Positions 56,535 to 64,000 of a stretch of 64,000 nt of DNA are shown here, piece after piece. Below the pieces are notes generated by a model. It was not told where the DNA came from and ran no database searches. It saw nothing but the letters and a program-made list of their open reading frames with translations. The position numbers and the translations under genes are program-made. Within the stretch, counting starts at the first letter, position 1; each line of letters begins with the position of its first letter. The stretch is from NCBI GenBank assembly GCA_963575745.1, contig CAUYUJ010000137.1, positions 372,001-436,000 of the forward strand, in the 5' to 3' direction. This DNA comes from Prorocentrum cordatum (taxonomy: Eukaryota).

Positions 56535-58093
56535 TAGGTTTTTTGGACGCGCGATTTTGAAATCCTTCCGAAACCGATTGGGTTTGAAGGATTTCGGCAT
56601 ACGCGCGCGACGACGCCCGCGTCTGCACTTCGGCCAATTTTTTGCAGAGGATTCTCGCGGCGGCACACGCGCGCAAGGGCGTTCGACAGATTTCGACATG
56701 CGCGCGCGACGCCCGTTTGGTAGCATGTTGTGAAAAGATTGAAAACCGATGGTTTTCTTAAGACTTCGCAAGAGCTCGCGCGTAAGCTTTTTTTGCACAT
56801 CCGTGTTGCGAAACCCTGTGTTCTTGTATGTAGTTTGGAAAGTCGATTGCGAAATCCTTCCGAAACTGAAAAAGTTTTTGAATGATTTCGGCATGCGCGC
56901 GCGACGACGCGCGCGTGTGCACTTCGTCCCATTTGTTGCAATGGATTCGTGAAAAAATGTCATGTTAGAACAAGAAATGTCACCGCATAGTGTTTATTAC
57001 AAGGGAACCTCAGGGGGGGGAACCCGGTTGGCCTGGGACATTGTGATTTCATATTTTGGATGGACATGTGGTCAGAATCATATGTGATTTACATACCCGG
57101 AAGGTGTACCGATAACGCCGGGGGGGAGACTCTATTCTCTTTTTAGAAAGGAGAAAGAATCAACTGCTCAACTTGAAGCTGTCCTCTCCACTGCTCGTGC
57201 AAACATCCCACCCACCCACCCGCAACTTGGTTTGCAGGACCTCTTAAGACCGTGACGGTAGGTACCAAATGGCACTTGGCAACGACACCGACGCCGACGA
57301 CGACAGCGACAACGACGACGACGACGCCAACAACGACTACGACGACACCAACGACGTCTCCAACGAATTCGACGACGACGACAACTACGACGACGACGAC
57401 GACGACGACGACAACACCGACGACGACGACGACGATGACGACAACCCCGACGCTGACGACGACGACGACGATGACAACGCCGCTGACGACGACGCCACCG
57501 CCGACGATGACGACGCCGACGACGAAATAGGAGGGACAACGACGAAACGCCGACGAAGACGACGAGGGAGGAAAGACGACCACGGCGACAACAACGACGG
57601 AAACGACCACGACGCCAAGACGACGACGACGAGGAGAGACAGAGGACAACGACGGCGACGACGACGACGACGACGAGGGATGAGGGAAGACGGCGACGAC
57701 GACGACGACGCAAGAGCGCGCGCGCACGCTTTTGTTGAAAATCCATGTTGTGAAACCTTGTGTTTTTGTAGGTTTTTTGGACACACGATTTTGAAAACCT
57801 TCCGAAACCGGACGTGTTTGAAGGATTTCTGCATGCGCGCGCGACGACGCGCGCGTCTGCAGTTCGTCCCATTTTGCGCAAAGGATTCTCGCGACGGCAC
57901 GCGCGCAAAGGCGTTCGAAAGATTTCGGCATGCGCGCGCGAAACCCGTTTGGTTGCATGTTTAAAAAATCTTGAAAAACCTATGGTATTCTTCAGATATC
58001 GAAAGAGCGCGCGGGCAGAATTTACAAAGTTGTTGGGTGAGAAAGTCGTATTTATACTATGATTTATTGAAATCCAATCTTGAAATTGTTAAA

Positions 58094-58210
58094 CTCATTA
58101 TCCCAGTGCGACCCAACCTAGGAGTTGGAGCCTCTAAGAAAGCAACAGTAGTAGGAGCGGTAAACGCCGTCCTCCTCCGTCTCCTCATTAGCGTAGTTGT
58201 AGCAGTAGCG

Positions 58211-58250
<40 letters not shown>

Positions 58251-58846
58251 CAGCATCAATAGTGGATGATGTGCTGCGCTATGCTATGCTATGCTATGCT
58301 ACGCTATGCTATGCTATGCTGTGCTCTGCTACGCTAAAGCTCAGCGAAGCTAAGCTGAAGGTAAGCTCCTTGCTGTTGCTAAGCCTTGCGTTGCGTTGCT
58401 TGTGCTGCTGTGTTATACTATGCTCTGCTGTGCTATGCTATGCTATGCTATGCGATGCTGCGCTGTGCTATGCTGTGCTGTGCTGTGCTGAGCTATGCTA
58501 TGCTATAATATGCTGCGCTATGCTATGCTATGCTGGGCTATGCTAGTATATGTTGTGCTGCGCTATGCTATGCTACGCTATGCTATGCTCTGCTGTGCTC
58601 TGCTATGCTAAAGCTCAGCGAAGCTAAGATGAAGATAAGGTAAGCTAAGATAAACCTGAGCTAAGATGAAGCTAAGCTAAGCTAAGATGAAATAAGCTAA
58701 GATGAGATAAGCAACGCTAAGCTAAGGGGACGTAACTGGGGGAACCGCGGGGCGGATGCCGGGGGAACCGCCCGGGGCGCTTTCCACTGCCCGGCCCCTT
58801 TAAGCTCTGAAGTAAGAACCCTTCTAGGCAGAGCCTAGGTAGGGAA
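58094..58846 (-). mobile_element. HINE-like element with (GTA)n, (ATGCT)n and (AAGCT)n cargo, nested in the macro-repeat
   Basis: CCCAACCTAGG (about 58112) is inverted to CCTAGGTAGGG (about 58834), with an adjacent hairpin CTAGGC-AGA-GCCTAG. The flanks rejoin the macro-repeat sequence. Confidence 0.6.
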
Positions 58847-60084
58847 CAATGTGTTTAGAAGGATTTCGACGTGCGCGCGCGGCGGCCACGCGCATGTGCG
58901 CCTTATGGTATTATTTACAAGGGCTTCGTGAAAAAGTGTTATGTTAGAACAAAAATGTCACCGCATTTACAAGGGAATCTCAACGGGGGGGGGAACCCGG
59001 TTGGCCTGGGACATTGCGACTTCATATTTAGGATGGACATGTGGTCAGAATGATATGTGATTTACATAGGACGCGGGGGGAGTGATAACGCCGGGGGGGG
59101 GTAGAGTCTTTATCTCTTTTAGAAGGGAGAATCTAGGTTGTGCAAATTGTGGTGTGCGGTGTTGCTGGTGCGACCTACGTGGTGCAATCTATGATTTGCA
59201 ATATGTGTGGAACAATCTATGTGGCGCAATTGATTTTTACACATTATGTGACACATCTCATGCTCTTGCAAACATCCCACCCACCCACCCGCAATTTGGT
59301 TTGCAAAACCTCTTAAGACCGTGACGGCAGGTTCCACATGGCACCTGGCAACGACACCGGCGCCGACGACGACGACGCCGACGACGACGACGTCTCCGAC
59401 GTCTCCGACGACTTCGACGACGACGACAACGCCGACGACGACGACACCGACGACGACGACGACGCCGACGCCGACGACGACAACGACGACGACGATGACG
59501 ACGCCGACGAGGACGACGACGACGCCGACGACGACGTCGACGACGCCGACGACGACGTCGACGACGACGACGACAGCGGCGACGACGACGCCGACGTCGA
59601 CGGCGACGACGACGACGCCGACGCCGTCGCCGACGCCGACGACGACGACGACGACGTCGCCAACGAGGACGACGACGACGACATGTTCCTCGTCGACTGA
59701 ATCAGAAGAACGGCAAACAACATAAACATAAACATAAACATACACTTTTGGAGGTCCGCGCGGGTTTCTTGCCCCTCCCTGGCGCGCGGAGCCTGGCAGG
59801 GGCGGCGCTGGAGGCGCCGCAAGGTGGAGCCAATGCCGATCCAAGAAGCCCGCATGAAACTCCAAACTATATGCTTATGTTGCATATTCTTGGAGAACTT
59901 AATCGTGCATCTACTGACCCGGATCAATCCAGACACGGGTCAGTCAGACGTTGCAGTATCCTGCAGGATCCTGCACCAAAGCCCCGGTCGGTACAGCCCT
60001 GGCTCTGCAGGGTCCTGCAAGACCCTGCGCTGTGACTGACCCCCGCTTGCATTGACCCCGTCTCTTGAGCCCCGACTTCGAGCG

Positions 60085-60310
60085 CATTTTTTTTCGCGGC
60101 TATAACGGGCGTTATGCGTGGGAGGGAGGGGGGACGGGAGGGGGCATAACGTAGCGCCCACCACCCCCCCAAACTGTGGTGCCGAACACACTGCGGCAGT
60201 GCCGGAGACGCACTGAGGGGGTGGAGGCGTTACGTTATAGGGGGAAGGGAGAGGGGGGCGGGAGGGTCGGGGGGCACATCGCGCGTGATGGCCCTGGGGA
60301 TCAAAAAAAC
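60085..60310. mobile_element. Compact pseudo-palindromic element with G-tracts (split copy at 10030-10125 plus 11295-11410)
   Basis: ATAACGGGCGTTAT, G-tract, ATAACGTAGCGC ... GCGGCAGT.CC.GA.ACGCACT ... GCGTTACGTTAT, G-tract. The same motifs occur at 10050-10110 and 11300-11390. Confidence 0.55.
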
Positions 60311-61616
60311 ACAACATCTTCATCACAACCAGCATTCATCCCCCGGCCGGATCCACGGCGCCATCCACGCCCTCGACGCCCCCCCCCCCGTGACTCCCGT
60401 GACGTGGGCAGCCCCCCCATGCCCGCCTGCCGCGTTACCGCCCCCCCCCCACCTCCGTGGCGCACCCGAGGCAACGGGGCGCGGCGCCCCTTGAGAGAGA
60501 ACAGCTCTCGCGGTGACAGCGGAGGAGGAGGAGGAGGAGGAGGAGGAGGAGGAGGAGGAGGAGGAGGAGGAGGAGGAGGAGGGAGGAGGGAGGAGGGAGG
60601 AGGAGGAGGAGGAGGAGGAGGCGGTGACATCAAGACTCAGTCGGGCCCAGGCCAGAAGAACGTCCTTCCAGAGCATGAGGCCCTCCGTCGGCCAAAACCA
60701 GCAGAACATCCAAGGGCACCCTCCCCAATATGGCCCGACAAACACGAAGAACACAGGGGTACTGATGGGCGTGTTTTCCACCACCACCACCATCAGTTGG
60801 AGGGGGGAGGAGGAGGAGGACGAGGAGAAGGAGGACGAAGAAGAGGAGGAGGAGGACCCCCTCCCCCTCCAACTTATGGTGGTGGTGGTGGAAAACAGGC
60901 CAATCAGGTACCCTCTCCGAACCGATCGCGATCTTATACCTCGGTCCGACTGTAAACCGCCGGAGGTCCGCGCGGACTTCTTCGACCTGCACGGGGCCTC
61001 CCTCCCTCCCTGGCGCGAAGAGCGTGCCAGGAGGCGTGTGGCCGGAGGCGCCGCCGAGGGGTCCCGGGCACCGGTCCGAGAAATCCGCGCGCAGACCCGA
61101 AAGTGTATGTTTGTGCAATTTGCCCTTTTCGAGTCTCACCTGGCATGCGACTGGTTCGCATGGCGATGACGTCGGCGTTGTTTCCAGCACCGCGTGGATC
61201 CTTTAACTTTGAGCGATCCCGGCTTTCCGACAGCGCAGATCGGATGATATCAGCCGATTCTGAAGCACTGGCGTGAAGGGCAACGATAGGGGGGGACTGA
61301 CTCAGTGGGGGGAACATCGAGCTTGAGTCGGGGACGCATCTTCGATCGTAGAAGAAGGACAAACCATATAAACATACACTGTTACCGCGCGGATTTCTTG
61401 GATCTGCGCTGGACCCCTCCCTGGCGCGCGGAGCGAGCGCCAGGGACGGCGCCGGAAGCGCCGCCGGGGGGGCCCAGGCGCGGATCCAAGAAATCCGCGC
61501 GGAGCGCCAAAAGTTCATGTATATGCGTTCGAGGTAGATCGGCCACAGGCCCCCCATACCACATCTGCACGGTCTTGTGCGGGTCGGAGCCGTCGGGCGC
61601 CCATCGGCGATTGGGG

Positions 61617-61778
61617 TTAGGTCGGGCATGTCCCCCTAAAGGCGGATTTTGGACGAAACAATAAAAATAGTTGAAACATGCTGGCAAAATGTCACAAAAA
61701 TAATCCCAAAATCGTCCCTACAGACTATTTGCTCACCATCTTTGCAGCTTCCTCCTGTAGAGGGACGTGCCCGACTTC
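61617..61778. mobile_element. MITE of about 160 bp with AT-rich core (copies at about 62329-62478, 63321-63477, partial at 30960)
   Basis: Inverted ends AGGTCGGGCATGTCCC / GGGACGTGCCCGACTT. The cores share AAAAT.GTCCC and TTCCTCCTGTA. Confidence 0.75.
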
Positions 61779-64000
61779 AGATTGGGGGTCGATGCGTCCC
61801 CCCCTGAGCCGATCTCCTCCTGACGTTGCCCCTCACTGCGGCGTTCCACCCCGAACGCCCGCGCCGGCGTGTCCGCGTCGTCGCCGCGTCGACGCAGCGC
61901 GACCTTACCGTGGCCCGAGAGAGGGTGCGGAGGAAGGGTTCGGAGGGTGAGGAGGAAGGGTCAGAGGAGGAGGAGGGTGAGGAGGAAGGATTGAAGGAGG
62001 AGAAAGGAGGAGGGCGAGGAGAAGGGGTTGGAGGGGGAGGGTGAGGAGGGTGCGGAGGAAAGGTTAGAAGAAGAACAACAAAAAAATAAACATAAACTGT
62101 TGGCGCTCCGCGCGGATTTCTTGGATCTGCGCCTCCCCCCCCTCCCTGGCGCGCGGAGCGAGCGCCAGGAGAGGCGCCGCCAGGGGGGCCCAGCGCAGAT
62201 CCAAGAAATCCGAGCGGAGCGCCAAAAAGTTTATGATTATGCAGTTTGTTTTTCTTCGAAGGGTGCAGTAGAGGTTCCATCGCAAGGACATCGTCGCGAG
62301 GGGCCCGTGCCCCGAGGATCCCTTGAGTCAGGTCGGAATTCTAGACGAAAACATTGAAATACACTTAAAATGCTCCGAACATGAGCAACAACAGTTTAAC
62401 AAAAATAGTCCCCATACGACTTTTAATATATTTTTGAAGATTCCTCCTCTAGACTCTGGAGGGACAAGCCCGACTTCCCTGGTCTGGGTTCGTCGGCCTG
62501 GGGCCTTCCGCGAAGCATGGGCTCCAGCAGCACGAGGCTGCGGAGCGGAGCGGTCGCTCGAACGCGCACGGACCACGGAAGACCTCGGCACCTTCGGCGC
62601 CGCACTGGGCTCTCAGCATCCAGACAAGCGCGCTCCACGACTCGCAAAACAAACTACAGTCGGACTCGATTGGAGAGGACACGCGAGAGGACACGAGACC
62701 CTTGCGGGGGCCACACTGCCATGGGAATGCGAGAAGGCATGGGCCGCGAGGCACAGGACACAAGGGTAACCCTTCATTTGGCAGGGTCGAACTACTAATC
62801 CGGTGCGACTGTACTCGCAGATGGCCTGGATCTGCCTTGGGGGATCTACGATACACTGCATCGATGCAGACGTGTTTTTGTCGGACGTTTGCGAGTAGGC
62901 ACGCTGCGAGCAGCGGAACGCGCTCGGTGAGCAACGGTACCTTCGCAGGGTTCTCTTCAGCAGTGGGCGATTGGCAATAGCCAGCCGAATAAGCGGCCGC
63001 GGGAGAAGCCAGAGGTACCCCGAATTGCCGGAGTAGCTTAGAACTTACAGATGCCCGGCCCGGCACTGCTCGCGCAGAACCGCAGAAACCAATGGCTCAC
63101 CTCGACGGACCTATTTGATGAATGCCTCGACAGACGGGTAAATGAAGAGTAATCGGCAGGGGCAGCGGGTGTGGCAATGGACATCGCGGAGGGCTACATT
63201 GTCTTGCTTGGAGCGATCGCTCGTCGCACAGCCTTGTGGGGCGGCAGCACGGCTCAAAAAAGGGCCGAAATGAGGCTTGAGCGCATGCCCGTCTCGACTT
63301 CCGCATTTCACAGCTGGCGTTAGGTCGGGCATGCCCCCCTGCAGACTGGTTTTGGACGGAGAATAAAACATAGTCAAAAAATGGGCCAAAACGATCAAAC
63401 ATTGTTGAAAAATCGTCCCCTGTCTATGTTCTAACTATTTTTGAATATTCCTCCTGTAAAGGGACAGGCCCGACTTGAAGCTGGTGGAACCTTGCTGCCG
63501 CCAACATGCTGCTCGACTGCCGAGCCCGTGCGCCTTTGCCCGTGGGATCGCAAAGGTTTCCTCCTCCCGCTCGCGCCTCTTTCCGCACGCCGTCCCCCGC
63601 CTCCCCCGCTCGCCGGCGCCCCAGGAGCTGCGCGGCATCACCGCTTCCGCTCTGGCAGCCACCTGACGCCCCACCCCCCTGGGCTGTGGAGATAGGGAGC
63701 CCACAAAGGACGTACGCGCCCAGCTATGTGCATGAACACGGCCCCTCGATTCGCGAGACCGGCCGCGTGATACGAACATTTTTGCAATGCGTGCTCTCGA
63801 AACCAGCGTGGATTCATGTACATGTACGTCCTTCTTTCGCTCCTGAGGAGAGGAGGCGCCAGGCTCGCCCCCAAAAAAACCTCGGGGGCATGCTCCCGAC
63901 GAGAGCCTCTGGATCGCGGCACCTCGTGGATGCGCCCCGCCGGGCGAGCGCTGCAGAGACTCGGCAGGGCTCTGCCCGTGCTGGCTCCCTGAGAGGCCCG

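Larger units (their letters stand above)
55200..59695 (+). repeat. Head-to-tail array of the GAC-rich macro-repeat (2 full units plus 1 partial)
   Basis: GCAAACATCCCACCCACCCACCCGCAA at about 55497, 57199 and 59267. Unit ends GATAACGCCGGGGGG at about 57111 and 59084. Confidence 0.92.

Overview
This window looks like repeat-dominated, GC-rich eukaryotic DNA, most likely from a dinoflagellate. That is an inference from degenerate spliced-leader relics, short isolated exons and a tubulin relic. Nearly all long ORFs in the track come from satellites and microsatellites and are not genes. Supported coding content: (1) a signal-peptide-bearing GH65 glycosidase (PGGHG/ATHL1-like, about 805 aa, minus strand). 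It appears retroposed, with three tandem SL-like relics upstream and no conventional introns, and it is split by one 2.14-kb insertion. (2) A 70-nt exon carrying a HAD DxDGVLN motif. (3) An alpha-tubulin pseudogene fragment. (4) A decayed CxxC-rich ORF. The most striking pattern is a set of non-autonomous elements with unrelated internal sequence but a shared end grammar: 5' AATC plus a family-specific subterminal inverted repeat, then satellite cargo, then the 3' inverted repeat, a GAA/GCAA-loop mini-hairpin and exactly 8 nt ending in RAT. This resembles Helentron/HINE elements. The rest is a mirrored 90-bp satellite pair, foldback-like elements, several MITE families, a 1.6-2 kb GAC-rich macro-repeat and a 5-kb (CTA)n tract. 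All alignments were made by eye and no database search was run.
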